A DNA stretch of 32,000 nt from Chlamydiales bacterium (GTDB lineage: Bacteria > Chlamydiota > Chlamydiia > Chlamydiales > SM23-39). The notes beneath the pieces are model-generated. The model did not search any database. It was not told the origin of the DNA and worked only from the letters and a program-made list of their open reading frames with translations. The position numbers were made by a program, and so were the translations under genes. Below, piece after piece: positions 8,484 to 17,319 of the stretch. The stretch is taken from the NCBI GenBank assembly GCA_965261025.1, contig OZ253438.1, positions 900,001 to 932,000 on the forward strand, written 5' to 3'. The stretch's first letter is position 1. The number at the start of each line of letters is the position of its first letter.

Positions 8484-8919
8484 AATTATCTTTTTTATTT
8501 TTACCTTTATTAGCCTTTTTGCAGAGCAAGGATTTCATGTTCCTTGGGGAAAAGATCATGACTTAAAAGTTCTCTCTAAAAAGGTAGAAAAAAAAAGCTC
8601 TTTTGCTGCTAAAACGGCAGGAGGAGTCATCCGTTTTTATCAAAATTACCTATCTCCAACTACAGGGGCAAGAAGTAATTTTCGCCCCACTAGCTCTAGA
8701 TATATGCAGCTTGCTATTCAAAGATATGGATTTTTGAAGGGTTTTGTTATGGGCTGTGACCGTCTTTTAAGAGAAAATAATGAAGACTGGATTTATCCTA
8801 CTTTGGGAAAAGACCGGGGAGGTTATAAATACGACCCTGCTTTTTTTCATAAAAGACTTTCTAAAATAGAGCGATTTACTCCACTATCTCCTGAGCTTTC
8901 AGACAGGCTTTCCAGGTAG
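8473..8919 (+). CDS. YidD-fold (membrane protein insertion efficiency factor-like) protein, cysteine-less variant with N-terminal signal/TM segment
   Basis: VIRFYQNYLSPTTGARSNFRPTSSRYMQLAIQRYGFLKGFVMGCDRLLRENN...GGYKYDP aligns by eye with E. coli YidD ([38 protein letters not shown]...RVLKCHP..GGDDP). The three conserved Cys are replaced by S, S and E. The start overlaps the upstream gene by 11 nt. It carries an N-terminal hydrophobic segment (MVFRIIFFIFTFISLFA). Confidence 0.65.
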   Translation: MVFRIIFFIFTFISLFAEQGFHVPWGKDHDLKVLSKKVEKKSSFAAKTAGGVIRFYQNYLSPTTGARSNFRPTSSRYMQLAIQRYGFLKGFVMGCDRLLRENNEDWIYPTLGKDRGGYKYDPAFFHKRLSKIERFTPLSPELSDRLSR

Positions 8920-10603
8920 AAAGCTGTGGTCTTCCCTCATCTGCTAAAAAAAAATTGTCCTTCCCTATTTTTTGAATCAAAGAAGAAGAGGAAAAAACTT
9001 TCCATACTGAAGGGGTAATCCCACTAACCATAAATATCTTTTTCTGAGACTGTAAATACTCGTGGATACGTAAAAAAGCAAGACAAGTAGAAGCATCCAC
9101 ATTTCTTATCCCATTCATCCTTAAAATAATTACCTTGGTATGAGGGTCTTTTCCTATTTTCCGGAGAGTTTCTTCTAAAGAATCTACTACAGCAAAAAAA
9201 AGTTCTCCTCCAACTCCTAAAATGCGTATCCTTCTATGGAGATTTTCGTCTATTTGTAATACATTTAAGTGACCTGATCTATTAAAGGCATATTCCCTAT
9301 AAGTAGGCTCTGATGCCTTCCTTAAGTACGAAATAATAGAAACTCCAATTCCTATAAAAAAAGCTGTATCTAAAGAAAATATAAAACAACAAAAAACCGT
9401 TATGATAAAAGCAAAAGCATCTTCTCTCGTAGCTCTTAAACAAAGTTTAACCTGCTCTTTGTCCAAAAAATAAAAGGAAGAAAAAATCAAAAGTGCAGCA
9501 ATAGAGGCCATGGGAATATAAGAGAGCCAAGAAAATCCAAAATAAAAAATTCCCGCTACAAAGACTCCGCTAAGAATACCCGAGACTCTACTTTTAGCCC
9601 CGTTCATATAATTGACTATACTTCTAGAAATGCTAGCCGAAGCCGGAATCACTCCTGGGAAAAAAGAGAGCATACCATTTGCAAGCCCCACTCCAAAAAC
9701 TTCTTGATTCGTATTCACAAAGTCTCCACTTTTCCCATGAACTGCTTTAGAAACAGCGGCTACTTCCAAAATACTCATAAAAGCGATAGCACTTGCTGGA
9801 AATATCAGTTTATCTAACCAAAAAAGTTTTATCTTAGGAAAGGAAAAGGCAGGCCATGAAAGAAGAAAATCCTGCTTTAATACAATCAGCTCTGTATGGG
9901 TAAAAGAAAAAAGAAGTTCTTTAAAAAATCCTGCTATTATAAGCATGAATAAAGCTGCAGGCAGCCTGGTTCTTTTTAAACTTAGCAAAATAGCCAAGCT
10001 AAGTGCTCCTATGAAAAGGGGGGCAAATCGCACTTCTTGGAGGTGTGAAAAAAAATAAACAACTTTTTGTAAAATTGTGAAATCTTTTTCGGGAATATAC
10101 ATCCCAAAAAGAGAAAAAGTTTGATGCACAATAATTGCTATAGCAACCCCTAAGAAATAGCCAAAAATCACCGGTTTACTTACAAACTGTAGCACTTTAG
10201 ATACATTGCAAAAAGAAAGCAGCAGCTGCAAAAAAGCAATTAAAACCCCCATCTGTCCTAATACCAAGAAGGTTAGTAACATTTTTTCCTCTACAGAAAT
10301 ACCCTCTTGTGCACCTATAATCTGTAAAACTACCCCTTGTATCAAGATGGCCATACTAGTAGAAGGCCCCGAAATCAAAAGGCGACTTCCACAAAAAAAA
10401 GAAGCCATCATGGTGGCAAAAATAGTAGAAAATACCCCAGCAAAAACAGGAAGTCCTGCTAAAAAAGAATAAGCAATGGCTTGAGGAATTCCCAAAAGGG
10501 CGACAGAAAGAGCACTAGTAAGATCTTTACAGAAAAAACCCCAAGAATACTTTCCTGAAAGCTTTGGGAAAAGATGCGGCCTACTCTGAGAAAACCTATT
10601 CAT
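8876..10603 (-). CDS. SulP-family anion (sulfate/bicarbonate) permease with C-terminal STAS domain
   Basis: Multi-TM protein with an N-terminal SulP signature region (LTSALSVALLGIPQAIAYSFLAGLP). The C-terminal STAS-like domain reads ILGVGGELFFAVVDSLEETL...VIILRMNGIRNVDASTCLAFLRIHEYL. Confidence 0.85.
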   Translation of the reverse strand: MNRFSQSRPHLFPKLSGKYSWGFFCKDLTSALSVALLGIPQAIAYSFLAGLPVFAGVFSTIFATMMASFFCGSRLLISGPSTSMAILIQGVVLQIIGAQEGISVEEKMLLTFLVLGQMGVLIAFLQLLLSFCNVSKVLQFVSKPVIFGYFLGVAIAIIVHQTFSLFGMYIPEKDFTILQKVVYFFSHLQEVRFAPLFIGALSLAILLSLKRTRLPAALFMLIIAGFFKELLFSFTHTELIVLKQDFLLSWPAFSFPKIKLFWLDKLIFPASAIAFMSILEVAAVSKAVHGKSGDFVNTNQEVFGVGLANGMLSFFPGVIPASASISRSIVNYMNGAKSRVSGILSGVFVAGIFYFGFSWLSYIPMASIAALLIFSSFYFLDKEQVKLCLRATREDAFAFIITVFCCFIFSLDTAFFIGIGVSIISYLRKASEPTYREYAFNRSGHLNVLQIDENLHRRIRILGVGGELFFAVVDSLEETLRKIGKDPHTKVIILRMNGIRNVDASTCLAFLRIHEYLQSQKKIFMVSGITPSVWKVFSSSSLIQKIGKDNFFLADEGRPQLSTWKACLKAQEIVE

Positions 10604-10651
10604 TTCTTTAAGATAGCGAAAAGGTCTATTTTTAGCCTGCTCTTACTCCTT

Positions 10652-11962
10652 TTAGTTTTGCACTTTGGTTTTTCCCTTCACGTGAAAACGTAGAGGACAC
10701 CCCGTAAAGTCATACTCTTTTCTAAGTTGATGAATTAAGTATCTTCTATAAGAGCCTGCTAAAAGAGAAGTTTTATTAGCAAAAACTAAAAACTGAGGCG
10801 GCTTTTTTCCTGTTTGAGAGGCGTAAAAAATCTTAAACCGTTTCCCTTGAATCATAGGAGGAGAAACTCTTTGTAGCTGCTTTTCCAGAAACTGGTTCAA
10901 AGAAGAAGTGGAAACCTCCTTAGTCAAGTTAGTATATACTTTTTCTATCAAAGGAAAAACAGCCTCCACATTTCTGCCCGTTTTGGCCGAGAGAAAAAGG
11001 GAGGGTAAAAAAGAGGAAAAAGGAGCCACTCTACGAATCCCTTGAAGGGCATGCTCCATTTGAAACCCCTTTACTAGATCCCATTTGTTTAAAAGTAAAA
11101 TACAACCCTTCCCCTTTTCTTCTACCTTCTGAAAGATCCTTTTTTCCTCTATAGTAATGCCTTGAGAGCTGTCTAACAAAAGAAGACAGATATCGGCTCT
11201 TTCTACGGCTTTTTCTGTTTGGAAAGAAGAAAAAAACTCCTCCACTTCTTTTTCCTTATTCCTTTTGCGAATTCCTGCTGTATCAATAAAAAGATATTTC
11301 TTACCCTCTTTTTCAAATATCTCATCCACAGCATCCCTTGTAGTCCCTTGCTTTTCACTTACTATTACCCTCTCCTGTTGTAAAAAAGCATTCAAAAGAG
11401 TCGATTTTCCCACGTTGGGTCTTCCTATAAGGGCTACCTTGATAAGGTCCTCCTCTTCTACTTCATCCAAAAAATCTTGGGTCACCTCTTCCAACAAAAG
11501 CTCTATGTTGCGGTTATGCAAACAGGAAACAAAAAAGATTTTTTCTATCCCTAACGCATAAAAAACAGGGGTCATTTCCTCTTCTTTTTCTGGAGTATCA
11601 GCCTTATTTACAACAAGATAGATAGGTTTTTTGGTCTTTCGAATTTTTTCTACTACCCTCTCGTCAAAAAGGGTAACTCCCGATGAACCGTCTACGACGA
11701 AAAGAATACTATCCGCCTCTTTTAAAGCAATCTCTGCCTGTATTTTGAGCTCTTTTGCAAAAGGAATAGAAGAAGACTCGATACCCCCGGTATCTATTAA
11801 AAAAAAAGGTTTATCTCGAAAGATCCCTTTTTGGCAGAGGCGATCTCTTGTAACTCCTTCTTTATCAGCTACAATAGCCGCCTTTCTGTGTAAAATGCGG
11901 TTGAAAAGGGAAGATTTCCCCACATTGGGCCTTCCTATAATTACTATTTTAGGTAGTGCCAT
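10652..11962 (-). CDS. der: Ribosome-associated GTPase Der (EngA), double G-domain
   Basis: Two Walker A motifs (GRPNVGKSSLFN and GRPNVGKSTLLN), DTGG/DTAG and NKxD motifs, and a KH-like C-terminus. I prefer the ATG at 11962 (MALPKIVIIGRPNVGKS, preceded by GGGAG) over the upstream ATG at 12100 in the ORF track, which adds 46 aa before the first G domain. Confidence 0.9.
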   Translation of the reverse strand: MALPKIVIIGRPNVGKSSLFNRILHRKAAIVADKEGVTRDRLCQKGIFRDKPFFLIDTGGIESSSIPFAKELKIQAEIALKEADSILFVVDGSSGVTLFDERVVEKIRKTKKPIYLVVNKADTPEKEEEMTPVFYALGIEKIFFVSCLHNRNIELLLEEVTQDFLDEVEEEDLIKVALIGRPNVGKSTLLNAFLQQERVIVSEKQGTTRDAVDEIFEKEGKKYLFIDTAGIRKRNKEKEVEEFFSSFQTEKAVERADICLLLLDSSQGITIEEKRIFQKVEEKGKGCILLLNKWDLVKGFQMEHALQGIRRVAPFSSFLPSLFLSAKTGRNVEAVFPLIEKVYTNLTKEVSTSSLNQFLEKQLQRVSPPMIQGKRFKIFYASQTGKKPPQFLVFANKTSLLAGSYRRYLIHQLRKEYDFTGCPLRFHVKGKTKVQN

Positions 11963-12134
11963 AACTCTCCCACATGAGGGAAGGATTTTACGAGAAAAGG
12001 GATTAAATATATAGGGGAATGGAAAAAGCTTCCCTCCGCAGAACCTCCCTATCTCTCGGTTATAAACGGCCCAATTTTTTCCTAGCGCACAAGAATACAT
12101 AGGATCCCTATTCTACTTAAAAAGCTTTCCTCCC

Positions 12135-15100
12135 TTATAAGGACTTTCTTTGAAAAAGCGTTATAAGCTCCTCTCGAGTTAAAAGCCGGATTTGATCCAT
12201 ATCATCTTTTCCCACCGTCGACTCTAAGAGAAATTTCTTCTTATGAATTAAGGCGCTAATGGCTTCTTCAATGGTTCCTTTAGTAACCAGCTTAAATACT
12301 TGAACCCCCCTCCTTTGCCCAATTCTGTGCACTCTATCTGTTGCCTGATCTTCCTTGGCAGCGTTCCACCATCTATCATAATGTATTACCACGGAGGCAC
12401 AGGAAAGATCGATTCCTACACCTGCTGCCAATAAGGAAGCTAAAAAGATCTTACAAGAAGGATCTTGATGGAATTTTTGCATCTCCGCTTTTCTATCCTT
12501 GGTACTACCTGTTAAACAAGAAAAATTCACTCTCTTTTTCCGAAAAAACTTTTTAAAAATTTCGATCATATCTAGATATTGGGAAAAAATGACTACCTTC
12601 TGATCCGAGTCTAAAGCTTCTTCTATAAGCTCCTCAAATACCTCCCACTTTCCTGAAGTGTGTTTTTCATATTCTTTTGCTGTTTTTAAAAGAACGCTCG
12701 GATGATCGCAGAGCTGTTTTACTTGAGAAAGAAAAGAAAAAATAGGAACTATGGGAACTTGATGAGACTGACCCTGTAAAAGCTGTAATATATGTTCCCT
12801 TCTTTTTTCTACCAGTTCCTCATAAAGCTTTTTTTGTTCTTCGGAAAGATCACAGAAAACAATCTGTTCTATCTTCTCGGGAAGATCTAAAAGAACCTCT
12901 TCTTTTTTTCTACGTAGCGTAAAAGGCTTAATGAGTTTAGCAAGGAGTTTTCTTTTCTCTAAGTCTCTATTTTTCTCTATAGGAATTTCAAAAAATTCCC
13001 GAAAAACAGAAGGAGAAGGAAGATAGTTAGGAAGCACTATGTCAAAAAGAGCTTTTAACTCTTTAATTCTATTTTCCACAGGAGTCCCTGTAAGACCCAA
13101 TTTCATACTGGCTTCTATATGGATAAGATTTTGATGGGTCTGTGACTTGACATTTTTTGCAAACTGTATTTCATCCAGTATAGCTATTTCAAAAGGATAT
13201 CCTTTAAAGTTTTCTTTCCCAGTTCGTAAAATTCCATAAGAGGTTACCAAAACATCATAATCTTTAGGAAATCCACTTAAAGACCTATTTATTCCATGAT
13301 AGACTAAGACTCTTAAGGAAGGCAGGTATCTTTGTAAAAGATCTTGCCAATGATAAATAACAGAAGTGGGACATACGATTAAGTATTTATGAGAAGGCTC
13401 TTCTTGAAAAGAAGCGGCTAAAAGGGCCATTGCCTGGTGAGTCTTCCCCAGTCCCATATCATCACATAAGATCCCTGCAAGACCATGACAATAAAGATGC
13501 CAAAGCCACTGTAGGCCTATCTCTTGGTAAGGTCTTAAAGAAGAACTTAAACGGCTTATATCCAAAAGTCTTTTGGTATCCATTTGAAATAGTTTTTCTA
13601 AAAGATTTCTGGTTTTCCTTGCCTCTTCTGTATCTTCTAAAGGAGGATCAATCTGCTCCAAAATACTCAGTCGAATCCACTCTATAAAACTCAGTTTTAC
13701 CAGTTTTTCTTTTGGATAAACTTTTTTCTTTCCCCAATTTTTTACCCATTGAAACCTTGTTTGATCTAAATAGAGAAGGCCTGCTTTGGAAAAAAGCATC
13801 TTTTTTTTCTGCTGCAAAGCTTGCCAAACTTCTAGTAAAGAAATCTCTCCTATTTCTGTAGATACTTTGATATCCGCTAGTAAAAAAGTCTTTTTTTTCC
13901 TCTTTTTTACGTAAAGAGATTCTAGCTTTAGTTGAAATTTTTGGGGGCTTTTTAGTTCAGGATCTATATGAACTAAAAAAGGGCGCAGTTTTTCCATTTC
14001 ATACTGCATGAAAAAAGTCTCCTCTTTGGGAGCTATTTCTTTTTTTTGGGCATACTGAGAAGGGAGTTTCCCTTTTTCAGAAATGTCAAAAAAACCTTCT
14101 CCTTCTACGTAAGTATAGTGAGAAAACCAAATTACTTTTTCAGGAGAGTATCCTTCTTCATAAGCTACCTGTGGTTTTACCTGTATTTTCTTATCTTCGG
14201 TAAAAAAAAGGGCTATCCCCACTCTTTTCACCGGTGATTTTTCCGAAAAAAATCCATCAATCCAAAAAAGTTCTTCTTTTTTCTGTTCTAAAAAAGAAGC
14301 TATTTCTCCTGCTTTGATCTTCTTTTCTAAAAGAGTAAACGAAAACTCCTTTCCCTCTTTTTGAAAAAAACCCTTATTGGGCAAAAAAACCCATTTTCCG
14401 AAGTCTAAAATTTTCCCTTTTATTTCTCCTAAGGAGTGAAAAAACTCTAAGTTTTTCTCCGCATCAATCCTGTAGTGAACAAAGGTTTGTAAAAGATGAA
14501 TATGCGTCTGAAATCCCGGGTATGCCTCTAGAAAAATTCGATTTTTTGTAATAAATTCAGAAACCTCCTCCCTCTTTACGATAGTATGTAGAGATGGAAA
14601 ATGAGGCATCTGTACCTGAAAAAATCCTTTCTGAGGAAGATATATCCAAGGAGGGAAAAAAAGCGCCTTTTCCCATTTCAAATCCTTTTCTTCGGAAAGA
14701 TAGGCTTTTATATGGAAAGCTTGCCTTTCATCAAAAAACAGTTCATAACAGAGCTTATGTAAAGAGGTATTTACAGAAACATTTAAATATCTTTGAAAAA
14801 GAGAAGGATAGAAGGAAAGGGCTTCTGCTATTTTTCCTTCTTGAATCGTTTCTTCTCTCAGTAAGGGATGGACTATTTTACGATAAAAACCTCTGTGGGC
14901 AAGATAGACCCAATCTCCTATTTCTATTCCCCCTTCTAAAGCTTTTTTCTCTCTTTGTTTTTGTATAACAAAACAAGGAACTTCCGGAAGAAACACAATA
15001 GGGGGAAATTCCTCTTTTTTTTCCCTGATCTTTAAAGAAGCATTCACGGTGGATAAAGACTCAATTACGGGAGGGGTTAAAAGATTTTCTAAAAAAACCT

Positions 15101-15800
15101 CTAAGAAAAGCTCAGGAAATTGTACTTGCACCTTTTGAGGGATGTTTTCCGAAGGAGGGAAAACTATCTCATAGGACTTTTCTTCTTCTTGCTGTAAAAA
15201 AAACCACTTTGCTAAATCAGACCAAAAAGACAGTTCAAAACGGAGAAAAGAAGAAGCCCTTCCCCTTTTATAAAGCAAAAGCTCCTCCTTAGAAAGATTT
15301 ACAAACTTTAGGGAAGTTTCTTCTGTTTCTATTTTTCTTTCGGAGAAAATTTCCTTCAGTTTCTTTTTGTTTTCAAAAGAACTTCCCAGAAGATAGAAGC
15401 TCTTTTTTTCCTTTTCAGAAAACGCAACATAGGCCTCCTTTTCCTGTATCAAATTTCCTACATCATACCCAATGTTTCTAGAGGCTTCTTCAAAAAGATA
15501 GAACCAAAAAGATCTATGGAAGCGAACATGCAAAGGTTCTCGGTGTCCTGAAAAAATTTTTAAAAAAGCGGCTGCTATATGAGGACATCCCCTATTTTTG
15601 GTAGAATGTTCACAACTACAAAAGGCATCCAGATACCCTCCCTTATCGTCAAACTGACAAAAAGGCCAGTAGGATCTACCGTCTTTTATTTCTACCTGAT
15701 AGGTTCCCCTAGAAAAATGAAATTCTCCCAGTTTTTTCTCTTCAAGAAGCTTCTTTCCTTCTGGGAAAAACTGGGTAATTGCTTCTGGAATTTGCATCAA
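12135..15800 (-). CDS. SWIM zinc-finger / SNF2-family helicase (bacterial SWI2/SNF2 ATPase)
   Basis: N-terminal SWIM motif (CSCEHSTKNRGCPHIAAAF). SNF2 motif I (LCDDMGLGKTHQ), a DExx box (ILDEIQFAKN) and a helicase-C region (GGVGIDLSCASVVIHYDRWWNAAKEDQATDRVHRIGQ). Confidence 0.85.
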   Translation of the reverse strand: MMQIPEAITQFFPEGKKLLEEKKLGEFHFSRGTYQVEIKDGRSYWPFCQFDDKGGYLDAFCSCEHSTKNRGCPHIAAAFLKIFSGHREPLHVRFHRSFWFYLFEEASRNIGYDVGNLIQEKEAYVAFSEKEKKSFYLLGSSFENKKKLKEIFSERKIETEETSLKFVNLSKEELLLYKRGRASSFLRFELSFWSDLAKWFFLQQEEEKSYEIVFPPSENIPQKVQVQFPELFLEVFLENLLTPPVIESLSTVNASLKIREKKEEFPPIVFLPEVPCFVIQKQREKKALEGGIEIGDWVYLAHRGFYRKIVHPLLREETIQEGKIAEALSFYPSLFQRYLNVSVNTSLHKLCYELFFDERQAFHIKAYLSEEKDLKWEKALFFPPWIYLPQKGFFQVQMPHFPSLHTIVKREEVSEFITKNRIFLEAYPGFQTHIHLLQTFVHYRIDAEKNLEFFHSLGEIKGKILDFGKWVFLPNKGFFQKEGKEFSFTLLEKKIKAGEIASFLEQKKEELFWIDGFFSEKSPVKRVGIALFFTEDKKIQVKPQVAYEEGYSPEKVIWFSHYTYVEGEGFFDISEKGKLPSQYAQKKEIAPKEETFFMQYEMEKLRPFLVHIDPELKSPQKFQLKLESLYVKKRKKKTFLLADIKVSTEIGEISLLEVWQALQQKKKMLFSKAGLLYLDQTRFQWVKNWGKKKVYPKEKLVKLSFIEWIRLSILEQIDPPLEDTEEARKTRNLLEKLFQMDTKRLLDISRLSSSLRPYQEIGLQWLWHLYCHGLAGILCDDMGLGKTHQAMALLAASFQEEPSHKYLIVCPTSVIYHWQDLLQRYLPSLRVLVYHGINRSLSGFPKDYDVLVTSYGILRTGKENFKGYPFEIAILDEIQFAKNVKSQTHQNLIHIEASMKLGLTGTPVENRIKELKALFDIVLPNYLPSPSVFREFFEIPIEKNRDLEKRKLLAKLIKPFTLRRKKEEVLLDLPEKIEQIVFCDLSEEQKKLYEELVEKRREHILQLLQGQSHQVPIVPIFSFLSQVKQLCDHPSVLLKTAKEYEKHTSGKWEVFEELIEEALDSDQKVVIFSQYLDMIEIFKKFFRKKRVNFSCLTGSTKDRKAEMQKFHQDPSCKIFLASLLAAGVGIDLSCASVVIHYDRWWNAAKEDQATDRVHRIGQRRGVQVFKLVTKGTIEEAISALIHKKKFLLESTVGKDDMDQIRLLTREELITLFQRKSL

Positions 15801-15893
15801 AAACCCTTGGGAATTCTAAAAAAAGGTTTTATCTCTTCTCCTTTTTCTTGTCGAGAAGGCTTTCTCAAACTCCTTTCAAAGGAAACTATTTTC

Positions 15894-16694
15894 TTAAATC
15901 TTATCTGAAACAGAGGGTATTCCTATTCGATACTCCCCGGAAAACACAAAATCTGCAGGACCCTTCATAACAATGTTGTCTCGAAGTTCAATGTCCAAAA
16001 CTCCCCCCTTGAAAATTAATTTTACCTCCCTTTTCTTCTCTAAAAAAGCTTGCTGTACTAAGGCTACAGCGACAGCTCCCGTCCCACAAGCAAAAGTCTC
16101 TTCTTCAACTCCTCTTTCGTAAGTACGTACCCTATAGCTATCTTCGTTTTTTTCGATAAAATTGATATTAGCTCCTTCTTTCCCAAAAAGAGGGTGATTT
16201 CGGAGCTTTCTCCCCCAAGAGAGAAAGGGAATATCCTCGATTGCTGAAACGGATAAAACCGCATGAGGAACTCCTGTATCCACGAAGTAGACAGGAGTTT
16301 TTTGAAAAAAAAACCGCTTCTGTGGTTTCTTTGGCCTGTAAGACAGCTCTATACCAACCAAAGGACCCTCTAAAAATCCCAGAACATTTCCCCCTAGGGC
16401 CTCTATTGAAACTCTTCCAGAAAAAAGTTTAAAATCGTGCAAAAACCGAATTAAACAACGAAGCCCATTTCCACAACTTTTTGCCTCAAATCCATCTCTA
16501 TTGAAGATTCGCATTTGAAAATCACAAACCCGGGAGCGCCTTAAAAGAATAAGGCCATCGGCTCCAATACCAAAACGAACATCACACATTCTCCGGATAA
16601 CAGGCTTTTCTTCTACAGGAAAAGTCGCTTCAAAGTCTTGGATAAAAATAAAATGGTTCCCAGCCCCTTGATACTTAGAAAAGGAAAGCTCCAT
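15894..16694 (-). CDS. dapF: Diaminopimelate epimerase
   Basis: MELSFSKYQGAGNHFIFI (GNDF-type motif) and both catalytic Cys contexts (KSCGNGLRC and FACGTGAVA). I prefer the ATG at 16694 over the TTG at 16709, which would overlap clpP. Confidence 0.85.
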   Translation of the reverse strand: MELSFSKYQGAGNHFIFIQDFEATFPVEEKPVIRRMCDVRFGIGADGLILLRRSRVCDFQMRIFNRDGFEAKSCGNGLRCLIRFLHDFKLFSGRVSIEALGGNVLGFLEGPLVGIELSYRPKKPQKRFFFQKTPVYFVDTGVPHAVLSVSAIEDIPFLSWGRKLRNHPLFGKEGANINFIEKNEDSYRVRTYERGVEEETFACGTGAVAVALVQQAFLEKKREVKLIFKGGVLDIELRDNIVMKGPADFVFSGEYRIGIPSVSDKI

Positions 16695-16695
16695 A

Positions 16696-17310
16696 TTAAG
16701 AGCCAGCAAGCTCCATTTCTATATCTTCTGCTCTTGTGATTACCTTATCTAGAAGGAAAAAGGCTTTTGCCTCTTCTGCAGACATCCAGTTATCCCTGTC
16801 AATGGCTTTTTCAATTTCCTTGGGGTCTTTCCCTGTAGAGCTAGCGTAAATATCTACGATGGCTTTTCTCGTTTTTAACATCTCCTTTGCCTGGATAGCT
16901 AAGTCTGTAGCTTGTCCGCGAATTACCCCTGAAATCAAGGGCTGATGGATCATAATACGAGAATTAGCTGTGGCAAATCTCTTACCTTTAGAAGCACACA
17001 AACTAAGCAAAGATCCCATAGAAGCAGCAAGCCCTGTTACCAAAGTAATTACGGGACAGGATAAAAGCTTTATTTGGTCCCAAATAGCAAAACCTGCATC
17101 AACAGATCCTCCGGGAGAATTAATAATAAAAAGAATGGGTTTCTTAGGATCTGCCCACTCTAAATACCAAATTTTTCTAATTAAATCTTTCGAGGTTTCT
17201 ACATCTACGGCATCGCAAAGAAAAATCCTTCTCTTCTCTAGCATCATGTGATCGATATGATCATCAATTTTTCTAATAGAACTGCTTCTTTCCTGTTGTT
17301 TTGCGGGCAT
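16696..17310 (-). CDS. clpP: ATP-dependent Clp protease proteolytic subunit
   Basis: Catalytic triad contexts are present (GLAASMGS, IMIHQP, DRDNWMSAEEA). It sits between glyA and dapF, as I recall for chlamydial clpP1. Confidence 0.9.
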   Translation of the reverse strand: MPAKQQERSSSIRKIDDHIDHMMLEKRRIFLCDAVDVETSKDLIRKIWYLEWADPKKPILFIINSPGGSVDAGFAIWDQIKLLSCPVITLVTGLAASMGSLLSLCASKGKRFATANSRIMIHQPLISGVIRGQATDLAIQAKEMLKTRKAIVDIYASSTGKDPKEIEKAIDRDNWMSAEEAKAFFLLDKVITRAEDIEMELAGS

Positions 17311-17319
17311 ACTATTCTC

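Noticed and set aside
8876-8919. 44-nt convergent overlap between the YidD-like gene and the SulP permease gene as a sign of mis-annotation or antisense regulation
   Set aside because: Both stops are fixed by the sequence and both C-termini belong to otherwise well-supported ORFs. Short 3'-3' overlaps are common in compact genomes, and nothing further can be inferred.
11963-12100. 46-aa N-terminal extension of Der
   Set aside because: Der proteins start a few residues before the first GxxxxGKS. The ATG at 11962 has a GGGAG SD, and the extension has no conserved features.
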